Under the pieces are notes generated by a model that made no database searches, was not told the DNA's origin, and saw nothing but the letters and a program-made list of their open reading frames with translations. Positions 9,732 through 19,449 of a stretch of 64,000 bases of DNA are shown here, piece after piece. Each line of letters begins with the position of its first letter. The stretch's first letter is position 1. The position numbers and the translations under genes are program-made. The DNA is taken from assembly GCA_040954595.2 (NCBI GenBank), contig JBECUI020000025.1, forward strand, positions 372,001 to 436,000, given 5' to 3'. Source of the stretch: Balanoglossus misakiensis (lineage: Eukaryota > Animalia > Hemichordata).

Positions 9732-12005
9732 TTATTCTATGAGAACTTTTCGCGCTTTACTGCCGTTTGCGGGACCAACAATGCCCCGTTCTTCCATTAT
9801 CTCTATAATTCTTGCGGCTCGATTATAGCCTATTTTTAACCGGCGCTGAAGGTATGAAGCAGATGCCTTGCGACTATGTCGTATAATCTCAAGAGCATTG
9901 TTCATAAGTGGGTCATCATCTTCCGTGTTCTCTGATATTTCTTCTTCATCAAAGAAAATTTCATCGTCTATATACTCCGGCTGACCGGTTTTCTGCACGT
10001 AATCAACCAGCGTTTCCATTTCCTGCTCGGAAATATACACTCCCTGAATACGGAGGGGGAAAGGCTGCCATGCTGAGGAAAATAGCATATCTCCTCTGCC
10101 CAATAGTTTTTCAGCACCAATGCCATCCAACACAATGCGGGAGTCAATTTTGCTTGCAACCATAAATGCTATACGAGAAGGGATGTTTGCTTTAATTAAA
10201 CCAGTAATAACATCCGTAGATGGGCGTTGCGTTGCAAGAACTAAATGAATGCCAATGGCACGCGACATTGCTGCTAAACGAGCAACAACCGATTCCAACT
10301 CTTTTCCGGTGCTTGCCATAAGATCGGCAAATTCATCAATAATTACTACAATGTATGGTAGCAACTCGGCATTCGGGTCTAGCTCGCGTACCTTCTGATT
10401 GTATGAAGAAATATTACGTACTCCAACCGACTCAAGAAGATTATAGCGATGTTCCATTTCATAGATACAGTATTGGAGTGCCTGAAATACCCGTGATGCC
10501 TGCGTAATAACAGGTGTAAGAAGATGTGGAACGTCATTATATATCTTCAATTCTACGATCTTGGGGTCAATAAGGAGCAGTTTTACCTGCTTGGGTGAAC
10601 AATGTGTAAGAATCGAACAAATAATGCTATTAACACAGACTGATTTTCCCGAACCGGTTGCACCCGCAATAAGAACATGCGGGGTCATAGCTAAATCAAT
10701 AACGTTTTTTTCACCAGAAACTCCCTCACCGAGAATAATAGGAATGTGATGTTTGTTTTCCCGGAACTCCAGACTCCGTACTATATCACCAAAATAAACG
10801 ATATCACGTACTCTATTCGGAATTTCAATTCCGACTGCATGTTTCCCAGGAATAGGGGATACGATTCGAATGCTCTCAGCTGCAAGCCGCAGAGCTATAT
10901 TATCTGCTAAGTTGCTAATACGAGCTAGTTTAATGCCCGGGGCAGGAAGTACTTCATAGCAACTAATGCTTGACCCTCTACTAACTCCGGTTACCTCTAC
11001 TTCTATGCCGAACTCATCGAGTACTTCACGGAGAAGAAATTTAATTCTTTCATTTTCTTCCCCATCATCATACTCGTTCCGCGTACCGAAGGTGAAAATT
11101 TTTGAAACTGGTATATGATAATGTGCTCCTTCGGTATCTGTCCCCTCATTAAAGGCTGCCAGATTGTTCTCGCTTTCCGGCTCATTCACCGATACAAGAT
11201 CGGCTATCTCTGCTTCTCCCGTTACCGCCTCATCGAAGTCTTCCGGATAGGGTTTCTCTTCCATTTCATCCACCGGCACAACATCGGCTATCTCTGCTTC
11301 ACTCGTCACCGGCTCATCAAAGATCACTGCTGGCGGCTCAACCCCGCTTTCCACTACCAAATCGCTATCAACAATCAGTGCTTCTGTCACCTGATTGCCA
11401 AAAGAATTCAACCGAAAGCCGTTTTCGCCTTCTGTCAAAACAATGGGGGCATGCTTCGGGGACTGCAATCTGAGAAGAGGCTGCGGAATGGGATCCCCCG
11501 ACAAGGGCTGTTCGATATAACGTTCTTCAAACTTATCGGGCATAATACGAACTGGCGAGCTGGTCTCTTCGGGTTTCTCCCTATCCTGATCCCTTCGGCG
11601 TACTGCTTGATAAAAGAGAACCAGCAATATCATCTCAACTACAAAAAAGACAGATGCCAATGCGATGCTAAATACCTGCCCGAGATTCTGTACTACGGCG
11701 TCAATGACAAGACTGCCCGTAGGACCCTGCCAGACAATAATACGAATGAGTAATGCCATAGTTAAAAAGGGGAAAAGAAAAGAAAACCAGATTAGAACAT
11801 ATTGCCAGTACTGCTTTTTCTTGGGCACGAGTACAAGCAAGGAAATAATATGCACTGGTATAAGAAAGGCAACATTATGAAATGATAAAAGGAGTATTTT
11901 TCCTGGGAGATCAAAGAGAATGCCCGTAATGTTCGTGAAAGCAAACAACATTGAACATAGGATCAGAAGAGCAAGCAAAATAACTGTTGTTTGAAGTGCA
12001 CGCAT
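9732..12005 (-). CDS. ftsK: DNA translocase FtsK/SpoIIIE
   Basis: N-terminal TM domain, Walker A GATGSGKS, IIDEFADLM, LATQRPS, GAEKLLGRGDML and gamma domain LQRRLKIGYNRAARI. Confidence 0.97.
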   Translation of the reverse strand: MRALQTTVILLALLILCSMLFAFTNITGILFDLPGKILLLSFHNVAFLIPVHIISLLVLVPKKKQYWQYVLIWFSFLFPFLTMALLIRIIVWQGPTGSLVIDAVVQNLGQVFSIALASVFFVVEMILLVLFYQAVRRRDQDREKPEETSSPVRIMPDKFEERYIEQPLSGDPIPQPLLRLQSPKHAPIVLTEGENGFRLNSFGNQVTEALIVDSDLVVESGVEPPAVIFDEPVTSEAEIADVVPVDEMEEKPYPEDFDEAVTGEAEIADLVSVNEPESENNLAAFNEGTDTEGAHYHIPVSKIFTFGTRNEYDDGEENERIKFLLREVLDEFGIEVEVTGVSRGSSISCYEVLPAPGIKLARISNLADNIALRLAAESIRIVSPIPGKHAVGIEIPNRVRDIVYFGDIVRSLEFRENKHHIPIILGEGVSGEKNVIDLAMTPHVLIAGATGSGKSVCVNSIICSILTHCSPKQVKLLLIDPKIVELKIYNDVPHLLTPVITQASRVFQALQYCIYEMEHRYNLLESVGVRNISSYNQKVRELDPNAELLPYIVVIIDEFADLMASTGKELESVVARLAAMSRAIGIHLVLATQRPSTDVITGLIKANIPSRIAFMVASKIDSRIVLDGIGAEKLLGRGDMLFSSAWQPFPLRIQGVYISEQEMETLVDYVQKTGQPEYIDDEIFFDEEEISENTEDDDPLMNNALEIIRHSRKASASYLQRRLKIGYNRAARIIEIMEERGIVGPANGSKARKVLIE
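11180..11325. repeat. 84-bp-period imperfect duplication in the FtsK linker
   Basis: ATCGGCTATCTCTGCTTC occurs at 11199 and 11283; protein FDEPVTSEAEIADVV / FDEAVTGEAEIADLV. Confidence 0.8.
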
Positions 12006-12142
12006 ATTATTTTTATCGGAGCATGAGAAAAAATGATGAGATTATTATACATCCATGTAACATACAGAAAGGTTCTATATGACTGTAATCGCTTATAGGA
12101 GGACTTGATGTGTATATTACTTATTGTTTCATCATTATTGTA

Positions 12143-12907
12143 CTATTGCAAAAAACAGACAACTGAAAGAAGTAAAAGATAGGGAACAAAAAAATACAAT
12201 TTTCCCTTCTGCAAAAGATACAGCAAGACTTTTAACGATGCATACCCGGAGAGAAACGCTGCAAGCATACCACTACCAAGCAAAGAAAGAGGAATGTTCA
12301 ATCCCTGAACATCAGGAAGACTAATGAGTACTGCTCCCAAAATAACAGGTATCGATAGCATAAAGGAAAACTCTGCTGCCTCTTTTTGTCTTAATCCGGC
12401 AAATAAACCGGCCGCAATAGTAATTCCGGAACGAGATATTCCCGGTAATACTGCAATCCCTTGCACCAAACCGATGGTACAGGCACTCCAAAATTGGAGG
12501 GCTGCGGTCCTACGGCGAATAAAGAACGTTGCACCAAGGACACAGGAAGTTACTAAAAAAGTTATACCAAGAAAAAACAAGTCTGTAAACAAAAAGGATC
12601 TGAACCATATAGCAAATCCGGCAGTTATTGCAGTCGCTAATACGAGCATAGCAATCTCGCTCCTCTCCTTATGCCCATTCTTGCGAAAAGATAAGACCAG
12701 TGCACGCAGTAGGTGTTGTATGTTTGTACGAAATACAATACAGACCGCACAGAGGGTTGCACCGTGTAACATGATATCAAAAATAATGGGAATATCAGCT
12801 ATATTAAAAAACTGTTTGATAAGTAGAAGATGCCCGGAACTAGAAACGGGAAGAAATTCAGTTACTCCTTGTACCAACCCAAGAATGACTGCTTGTACGA
12901 GTGTCAT
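12143..12907 (-). CDS. uppP: Undecaprenyl-diphosphate phosphatase
   Basis: LGLVQGVTEFLPVSSSGH and PGISRSGITI are BacA/UppP motifs. Confidence 0.96.
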   Translation of the reverse strand: MTLVQAVILGLVQGVTEFLPVSSSGHLLLIKQFFNIADIPIIFDIMLHGATLCAVCIVFRTNIQHLLRALVLSFRKNGHKERSEIAMLVLATAITAGFAIWFRSFLFTDLFFLGITFLVTSCVLGATFFIRRRTAALQFWSACTIGLVQGIAVLPGISRSGITIAAGLFAGLRQKEAAEFSFMLSIPVILGAVLISLPDVQGLNIPLSLLGSGMLAAFLSGYASLKVLLYLLQKGKLYFFVPYLLLLSVVCFLQ

Positions 12908-12911
12908 GGGG

Positions 12912-15143
12912 CTAAAATGGAATTTCCTCTTTGCTTAGCCGTAACGGTGCAAAAGGATCCCAAAAGAAGTTTTCAAGAGAAGACATTGCCTGTAGATATA
13001 AAAACAGATATCCAATAACAACCAAGACCAGAAGAAAAAAGAGAATCAGCGCAATAATGCTGACAACACGACTTAAAAAAGTCATGCCAAAAACAGGATT
13101 TTCAATTATCATGTGCAGTTTTCGTTTCCTACTGCTTGTATCCTTCCAAGTTTCTTCTTCCGTACGAGATTTTTTCTTCTGCAATGGCTTTTTTTTCATA
13201 CTAGTACTGGTAGATAGTCCGCCTATCTGTTCCAAGTCAAAGCTATTATCATTCGTAGCAATCCTTTCGGAACTATGAGAAAATTCTTCCCTTACCTGTG
13301 TAGCCGTACTATCTTCTAATGCAGGTGCCCAGAAACTGCTCTCTTCTCCTGCCTGCTCTTCGGGTAGGCCCATCTCCGGCTCAACTGACCCAGCAGACTC
13401 CAGCCCCGCAAGAATATCCTCTCCCATTCCCAACTCTTCGCCAAACCCTTCTCCTGCCTGCTCTTCGGGTAGGCTCATCTCCGGCTCAACTGACCCAGCA
13501 GACTCCAGCCCCGCAAGAATATCCTCTCCCATTCCCAACTCTTCGCCTACCTGTGCTTCGGACGGACTCTCCTCCGACCCAACTAGCCCCAGTCCCGCAA
13601 GAATATCCTCTCCAATTTCTAACTCTTCGCCTGCCTGTGCTTCGGACGAACTCTCCTCCGACCCAACTGGCCCAGCAGACTCCAGTCCCGCAAGAATATC
13701 CTCTCCAATTTCTAACTCTTCGCCTGCCGGTGCTTCGGACGAACTCTCCTCCGACCCAACTGGCCCAGCAGACTCCAGTCCCGCAAGAATGTCCTCACCA
13801 ATTTCCAATTCTTCTCCTGCCTGCTCTTCGAGCGGACTCACCTCCGGTCCATCCGATCCAATAGACCCAAGTCCTGCAAGAATGTCCTCTCCAATTTCCA
13901 ATCCTTCTCCTGCCTGTGCTTCGGACGAACTCTCCTCCGACCCAACTGGCCCAGCAGACTCCAGTCCCGCAAGAATGTCCTCACCAATTTCTAACTCTTC
14001 GCCTGCTTGTGCTTCGAGCGGACTTATCTCCTCCGACCCAACTGGCCCAGCAGACTCCAGTCCCGCAAGAATATCCTCTCCAGTTCCCTGCTCTTCTCCT
14101 GCTTGTGCTTCGGACGGACTCACCTCCGGTCCATCCGATCCAATAGACCCAAGTCCTGCAAGAATGTCCTCTCCAATTTCTAACTCTTCGCCTGCTTGTG
14201 CTTCGGGCGGACTTATCTCCTCCGACCCAACTGGCCCAGCAGACTCCAGTCCCGCAAGAATATCCTCTCCAGTTCCCTGCTCTTCTCCTGGCTGCTCTTC
14301 AAGCGGACTCACCTCCGGTCCATCCGATCCAATAGACCCAAGTCCTGCAAGAATGTCCTCTCCAATTTCTAACTCTTCGCCTGCTTGTGCTTCGGGCGGA
14401 CTTATCTCCTCCGACCCAACTGGCCCAGCAGACTCCAGTCCCGCGAGAATATCCTCTCCAGTTCCCTGCTCTTCTCCTGCTTGTGCTTCGGACGGACTCA
14501 CCTCCGGTCCATCCGATCCAATAGAGCCCAGTCCTGCAAGAATGTCCTCACCAGTTCCCTGCTCTTCTCCTATCTCTTCTCCTAGCTCTTCTCCTGCCTG
14601 TGCTTCGGGCGGACGCATCTCCTGCTCCGCAATAAACATCTTTTCGGAACTGGTCTTTTCTTCCACTTCATCCTGTACGGAGACTGCCTCGACAGGAATA
14701 TCCGCCTCCATAGAGCCGCTACTGCGAAGAAGATTTTCCATCTGTATAAGCCCAAGGTCTTCTATTTCTTCATTGCCCAAAAGAGCGTTTATCTCGCTGA
14801 TTCCCCCATCATCTATTGCTTCTAACTCTTGGGGAGCTACCAGAGCAGTTACATCTAAACTTCTTTCGGTAAAGAGTGCCATATCAGGAGTATGCACCTG
14901 TACCGATAAGACATTACTCTGATCTATGGAAACAGTTACAATAGCTTTTTTATGAGAAGGAATACTAACAGGATAGCGAAGCAATTCTATATGTGTAGAA
15001 TCACTTTGTATCGCAATAAGAATAATATTTGCCCGCGGAGGTGTTGGTAGAGTTATAATAAATCGTTTCGATCCATATGTGCCAGCTGAAAAAAGCTGAA
15101 CTATACTATTATCAACTTGTTTAATGCCTAATGCAACTTGCAT
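12912..15143 (-). CDS. Acidic tandem-repeat protein with a C-terminal membrane anchor
   Basis: ~100-aa N-terminal beta-rich domain, 13 GEDILAGL repeats, basic stretch, then one TM near the C-terminus. Confidence 0.8.
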   Translation of the reverse strand: MQVALGIKQVDNSIVQLFSAGTYGSKRFIITLPTPPRANIILIAIQSDSTHIELLRYPVSIPSHKKAIVTVSIDQSNVLSVQVHTPDMALFTERSLDVTALVAPQELEAIDDGGISEINALLGNEEIEDLGLIQMENLLRSSGSMEADIPVEAVSVQDEVEEKTSSEKMFIAEQEMRPPEAQAGEELGEEIGEEQGTGEDILAGLGSIGSDGPEVSPSEAQAGEEQGTGEDILAGLESAGPVGSEEISPPEAQAGEELEIGEDILAGLGSIGSDGPEVSPLEEQPGEEQGTGEDILAGLESAGPVGSEEISPPEAQAGEELEIGEDILAGLGSIGSDGPEVSPSEAQAGEEQGTGEDILAGLESAGPVGSEEISPLEAQAGEELEIGEDILAGLESAGPVGSEESSSEAQAGEGLEIGEDILAGLGSIGSDGPEVSPLEEQAGEELEIGEDILAGLESAGPVGSEESSSEAPAGEELEIGEDILAGLESAGPVGSEESSSEAQAGEELEIGEDILAGLGLVGSEESPSEAQVGEELGMGEDILAGLESAGSVEPEMSLPEEQAGEGFGEELGMGEDILAGLESAGSVEPEMGLPEEQAGEESSFWAPALEDSTATQVREEFSHSSERIATNDNSFDLEQIGGLSTSTSMKKKPLQKKKSRTEEETWKDTSSRKRKLHMIIENPVFGMTFLSRVVSIIALILFFLLVLVVIGYLFLYLQAMSSLENFFWDPFAPLRLSKEEIPF
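13335..14615. repeat. Coding tandem repeat, 13 units of ~84-105 bp, partly in a 189-bp A/B higher-order period
   Basis: Recurrent GCAAGAAT(A/G)TCCTC core; units GEDILAGLGSIGSDGPEVSP.. and GEDILAGLESAGPVGSEE.. Confidence 0.95.
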
Positions 15144-15190
15144 ACCTATACCTACACGGTGATGGTTGTTTTATAAAAACTACCAATATA

Positions 15191-15219
15191 TTGACCACAA
15201 TAATAGTAATTGCTATAAT
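15191..15219 (+). promoter_or_regulatory. Sigma70-type promoter with extended -10
   Basis: TTGACC-N17-TATAAT (TG-C-TATAAT), 5 nt before ATG 15225. Confidence 0.65.
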
Positions 15220-15224
15220 TAGTC

Positions 15225-16568
15225 ATGCTGTATCCAACACCTCTAGCTATTACTATTGTCATTATAATTAGCTTTTTATTCGCACTGTTTATTATATTAC
15301 AAACTAGTAAGAATAGCAAGCCATTAAAAAAAACAAAAAAAAAAGTAACGAATTCTGAGTTAGCAAAAAATATCCGGAACAGTATGAGTACCTTATCTCA
15401 TTTTCCCAATAACAGCAAGGCAATGAAAACATTGGCCGATTCCTACTATGAATTAGAAGAATGGGAAAAAGCGAAAAAGGCATACCAACAACTACTCTCC
15501 AGTCATGACCCGCTGGTTAAAACTGCAGACGTATTTATAAAACATGGATTAGCCGCCATGAATCTCAAACAATATAATCAGGCACTTTCTTCCCTGCAAG
15601 AAGCATATAAATACGATCCGCAATCGACAGAAGTAAACTATAACTTGGGCAAACTGGAATACAGGAAAAATAACTATGCAAAAGCAATCACCCATCTGCG
15701 GCTTGTACTTCTAATAGATCCTAATCACTCCCGCACAAAAAAATTACTCTGTCTCTCGCTTAGTAGTTTGAAACGCTACAGAGAACTGCAACCATTGCTG
15801 GAACAAGAAATAGCACATGCCCCCAATGACGAAGCCCTTGTCTTTGCCTATGCTCAGTGCTGTGCCTATTTTGGTCATACGAGTAAGGCAGTGCAGTATT
15901 ACAAGAAAGCAACAGATTCATCACGTTTTGGACCGGCTGCCCTCCTGGAATTAGGCAATATAATGATGAAAGACAAGAAAACAAATGAAGGCATACAGTA
16001 CTACAAACAGGCCTTGCAGTTTCCGCAAATGTCACAGAACACTCTTCTCGACTTACATTATAATCTTGCCAACATCTATTCAAAACAAAATAACCTGAAA
16101 GAAAGTACTACTCATCTGCAAGAGATAAAGAAAATAAACCCAGCATATAAGGATATTAGCAAGCAACTCCTTCTGCACGAAAATGAAAATCTATACACCT
16201 ATATGAGTGGTGATACCCGGTCATTTGTGCAACTATGCACATCGTTATTGCCCCACCTGTTTCCCGGCAAAGAGGTGCGTTTCTTGTCTGCTTCATCCGA
16301 AAGCATATATACTGATTTGATAGCAAAAGTTTATACCAATCCTAGAAGAGACCCCATCTCTTATATTATACGCTTCATACGAGCAAATAAAGAAGTAAAT
16401 GAAACATTGCTACGTAACTTGAATGCACGTTTTAAGGAATCCGAGACAACCGCATCAGTATGCGTAACTGCGGGAACATTCTCCGCGAGCGCAAAAAATT
16501 ATGCAGCAGTCCGTCCCATTGAGCTCCTCGATAAAAAAGAACTTCCAAGACTCTTGAACAGGGTATAA
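15225..16568 (+). CDS. Membrane-anchored TPR protein with a C-terminal Mrr-like (restriction endonuclease fold) domain
   Basis: N-terminal TM, multiple TPRs (YNLGKLEY, YNLANIY), C-terminal VCVTAGTFSASAKNYAAVRPIELLD. Confidence 0.8.
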   Translation: MLYPTPLAITIVIIISFLFALFIILQTSKNSKPLKKTKKKVTNSELAKNIRNSMSTLSHFPNNSKAMKTLADSYYELEEWEKAKKAYQQLLSSHDPLVKTADVFIKHGLAAMNLKQYNQALSSLQEAYKYDPQSTEVNYNLGKLEYRKNNYAKAITHLRLVLLIDPNHSRTKKLLCLSLSSLKRYRELQPLLEQEIAHAPNDEALVFAYAQCCAYFGHTSKAVQYYKKATDSSRFGPAALLELGNIMMKDKKTNEGIQYYKQALQFPQMSQNTLLDLHYNLANIYSKQNNLKESTTHLQEIKKINPAYKDISKQLLLHENENLYTYMSGDTRSFVQLCTSLLPHLFPGKEVRFLSASSESIYTDLIAKVYTNPRRDPISYIIRFIRANKEVNETLLRNLNARFKESETTASVCVTAGTFSASAKNYAAVRPIELLDKKELPRLLNRV

Positions 16569-16570
16569 GT

Positions 16571-18007
16571 ATGTCAGGTTTCCCTCTTACCCTATCCGGT
16601 ATTAAGATACATTTAATCGGCGTTAAAGGAAGTGGTATGCTATCTCTTGCGGAAATGCTACAGAAACAAGGCGCCATACTGAGTGCATCTGATGTTGCCG
16701 AAGAATTTCCGAATGATGGAATTCTGGATCAGTTGCAGCTATCCTATGCAAAGGAGTTTTCTGCTGATAATATCCCACCCGATACACAGTACGTTGTGTA
16801 CTCGCGTGCATGGGAAAAGCAGGATAACCCGGAAATGCTGGAAGCAACCCGGCGTGCCCTTCCATTAATGAGCTATAACGAAGCACTCAGCAGTCTCAGC
16901 GAACAGAGTTACTGCGCTGCAGTAAGCGGCACACATGGAAAAACAAGCACCTGTGCAATGGTCGCCTGCCTTATAGATAAAATGGATATGCCGGGCATGG
17001 TATTTTGTGGTGGGGGAATGGTAAACTTTGCAGGACATGGACTGTTTTATAACGGCAAGGATATATCTATCATCGAAGCATGTGAATACCGACGTAGTTT
17101 TCTTGCTTTTCACCCCAATATAATTCTAATAACAAACATCGAATGGGATCATCCCGATTACTATGCAAATGAGCAAGCAGTAGTCCAGGCATTTGGCGAA
17201 TTTGTAGATCGCCTTCCACAACATGCATCTCTGATACATTCTTCCGATAACCAGGGTAGTGCCCGCTTAGTTGCGGATATAAAAAAACACCGCGGTGACA
17301 TTTCCATTCTCTCATACGGACATGCGAAAAATGATGCCTACCGTATGACAAACATACAAGAACATGTAGGAGCAACTACCTTTCAGGTAAATGGCAACCC
17401 CATCCGGATAAGCCAACCCGGACGTCATCTTATGAGGAACGCCTGCGCCGCAATAGCATTGGTAGATACTATTCGACGCAACCGCAATGAATCCCCCTGT
17501 CCGGCAGATGGCATATATAGCGCATTATCTCATTATCAGGGAGTACAGCGGAGAAGCGAGGTAAGAGCACGGATAGGAGGCATTATCTGCATTGATGACT
17601 ACGCACATCATCCCAGTGCCATTGCACAAACGCTGAGATCGTACAAGCAATTCTTTAATGCTAAACGTATAATTGTCGACTTTATGCCGCATACCTACTC
17701 CCGAACCGAAAACCTGCGAGAAGAATTTTCCCGTTGCTTTACCGATGCTGACCACGTGGTATGTAATGATATTTATGCCTCACCACGGGAAATACGAACA
17801 AAAGATGCTATTGACGGAGCGGCATTTGTACGGTATATTGGAGAACAGCACCCATCTGTCCATTATGAACCCGATTTCGAACAAGCAGCGAAACATATTA
17901 CCGACATGCTTCAAGACGGGGATATTTGTGTATGTATGGGAGCAGGAAATAACTGGAAGATTACAAATAAGATCATGAAACGACTACAAGGAAAAAACAA
18001 TGTATAG
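16571..18007 (+). CDS. murC: UDP-N-acetylmuramate--L-alanine ligase
   Basis: HLIGVKGSGM, SGTHGKTST, EACEY, TNIEWDHPDYY, DDYAHHP, MGAG. Confidence 0.95.
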   Translation: MSGFPLTLSGIKIHLIGVKGSGMLSLAEMLQKQGAILSASDVAEEFPNDGILDQLQLSYAKEFSADNIPPDTQYVVYSRAWEKQDNPEMLEATRRALPLMSYNEALSSLSEQSYCAAVSGTHGKTSTCAMVACLIDKMDMPGMVFCGGGMVNFAGHGLFYNGKDISIIEACEYRRSFLAFHPNIILITNIEWDHPDYYANEQAVVQAFGEFVDRLPQHASLIHSSDNQGSARLVADIKKHRGDISILSYGHAKNDAYRMTNIQEHVGATTFQVNGNPIRISQPGRHLMRNACAAIALVDTIRRNRNESPCPADGIYSALSHYQGVQRRSEVRARIGGIICIDDYAHHPSAIAQTLRSYKQFFNAKRIIVDFMPHTYSRTENLREEFSRCFTDADHVVCNDIYASPREIRTKDAIDGAAFVRYIGEQHPSVHYEPDFEQAAKHITDMLQDGDICVCMGAGNNWKITNKIMKRLQGKNNV

Positions 18008-18857
18008 TATGACAAGTTATGCTACAACACTATACGAAGAAGATCAGTACACGATAAACATAGAAGTAAACACGCGCAATAACAGATTTCGGGAAATCAA
18101 CCTCCATCTCCCTCAATTTCTACGATCCTTAGAACAGGATGTTCGGGCATTAACTGAAAATATACTTAGCCGTGGAACGATAGAAATATCCGTATACATG
18201 AAGAATCACCAAAAAAAAATTCAATTCCATATTAATGAGTACGTTGTCGAGCAAGTTCACAAGATACAATCGGAACTTGGCTGCAAGGATATTAGCATTG
18301 CCGATCTCTTTTCCATTCCGGGAGCCATTGAAACAAAGGAGGAGCAAGATACCCACCAGTATCAGGCCCGTATTCTGTCTGAATTGGGAACACTCCTCCA
18401 TGACTGTAAAACGATGCGCCAATCGGAGGGGAAGCGTATTGCCGACAAGATAACAAGCTACGTACAAAGCATCAAGGCAGGAATAGAAGAGATACAGAAA
18501 GAATTACCAATGGTAGAAGAAACTATTCGCCAAACCGTTCAGCAACATATCAAGGAATGGGTAAAAGAACCACTTGATACCCAACGTCTCTATCAAGAAA
18601 TTGCTGCACTTGCCATGAAGTCCTCTATAGCAGAGGAACTGGAACTGTTAGAATCACATGTCAAAGCCATATGGACTACTATGGCAACATCCAAGAAGCA
18701 CCCGGTAGGGAAGAAACTTGATTTCATTTGTCAAGAAATGAATAGAGAATTGCATACAATTGCCGGAAAATCTTCAAATCACACAATACAGTTGACTACC
18801 ATCACCATGCGCGAGACAACAGAAAATATACGAGAATTATTAAGAAATATAGAATAA
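18000..18857 (+). CDS. yicC: YicC/YloC family endoribonuclease
   Basis: MYSMTSY, NNRFREI, EELELLESH, GKKLDFICQEMNRELHTI, C-terminal NIE. Confidence 0.9.
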   Translation: MYSMTSYATTLYEEDQYTINIEVNTRNNRFREINLHLPQFLRSLEQDVRALTENILSRGTIEISVYMKNHQKKIQFHINEYVVEQVHKIQSELGCKDISIADLFSIPGAIETKEEQDTHQYQARILSELGTLLHDCKTMRQSEGKRIADKITSYVQSIKAGIEEIQKELPMVEETIRQTVQQHIKEWVKEPLDTQRLYQEIAALAMKSSIAEELELLESHVKAIWTTMATSKKHPVGKKLDFICQEMNRELHTIAGKSSNHTIQLTTITMRETTENIRELLRNIE

Positions 18858-18861
18858 ACAG

Positions 18862-19449
18862 ATGAAGCTATTTCCGAAACAGCAGAAGCCACCAATACCT
18901 GTTACCCTGCCACCGACAAACACCCCCCCGGTAGCAGTATCAGGGAAAAGCGGCTGTGGAAACTCGACTGTAAGTAACATGTTGGCAAAGGAACTCGGCA
19001 TCATTTCCGTCAATTACACCTTCCGCAACCTCGCAGCAGACTTAGACATGGAAATGTCCGCCATTGCAAAACAGGCATTAGAAGACCGCAGCATTGATTG
19101 GTACATTGAAAGCAACCAGATAAAAATGATACAGGCACAGCCCTGCGTACTTGCATCGCGGTTGGCTATTTGGCTCGTACAGGGAAATGTTGTTCGAATC
19201 TACCTATACGCCTCACCCCAGGTACGAGCGAATCGTATTGCCATGCGGGAAGGGAAGACTCCGCAATCTGCATACACAAAAACCATGCAACGCGATAAAG
19301 ATGACCGTGCCCGACTCCTCCGGTATTACAACATAGATATCGACAAGTATAGTTGTGCCGATTACGTTATTGACACAGATGAAAAAAAGCCCGGCGAGAT
19401 TATCAATGAAATACTACTGCTTCCCGCGCTGAAAGACTATCGTATCTAA
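18862..19449 (+). CDS. cmk: Cytidylate kinase (archaeal/type 2)
   Basis: SGKSGCGNSTVS P-loop variant, VLASRLA, RDKDDRAR..YYNID. Confidence 0.85.
   Translation: MKLFPKQQKPPIPVTLPPTNTPPVAVSGKSGCGNSTVSNMLAKELGIISVNYTFRNLAADLDMEMSAIAKQALEDRSIDWYIESNQIKMIQAQPCVLASRLAIWLVQGNVVRIYLYASPQVRANRIAMREGKTPQSAYTKTMQRDKDDRARLLRYYNIDIDKYSCADYVIDTDEKKPGEIINEILLLPALKDYRI

Noticed and set aside
13335-14615. Regular repeats that could be mistaken for a CRISPR array
   Set aside because: The units are in-frame coding repeats, the intervening segments are themselves repeated rather than unique spacers, and no cas genes are present.
13319-14922. Long plus-strand ORFs (181 aa and 377 aa)
   Set aside because: Antisense shadows of the low-complexity repeat gene.
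16200-16568. Type IV (Mrr) restriction or defence system
   Set aside because: The catalytic motif is degenerate, the context is housekeeping, and there are no other defence genes.
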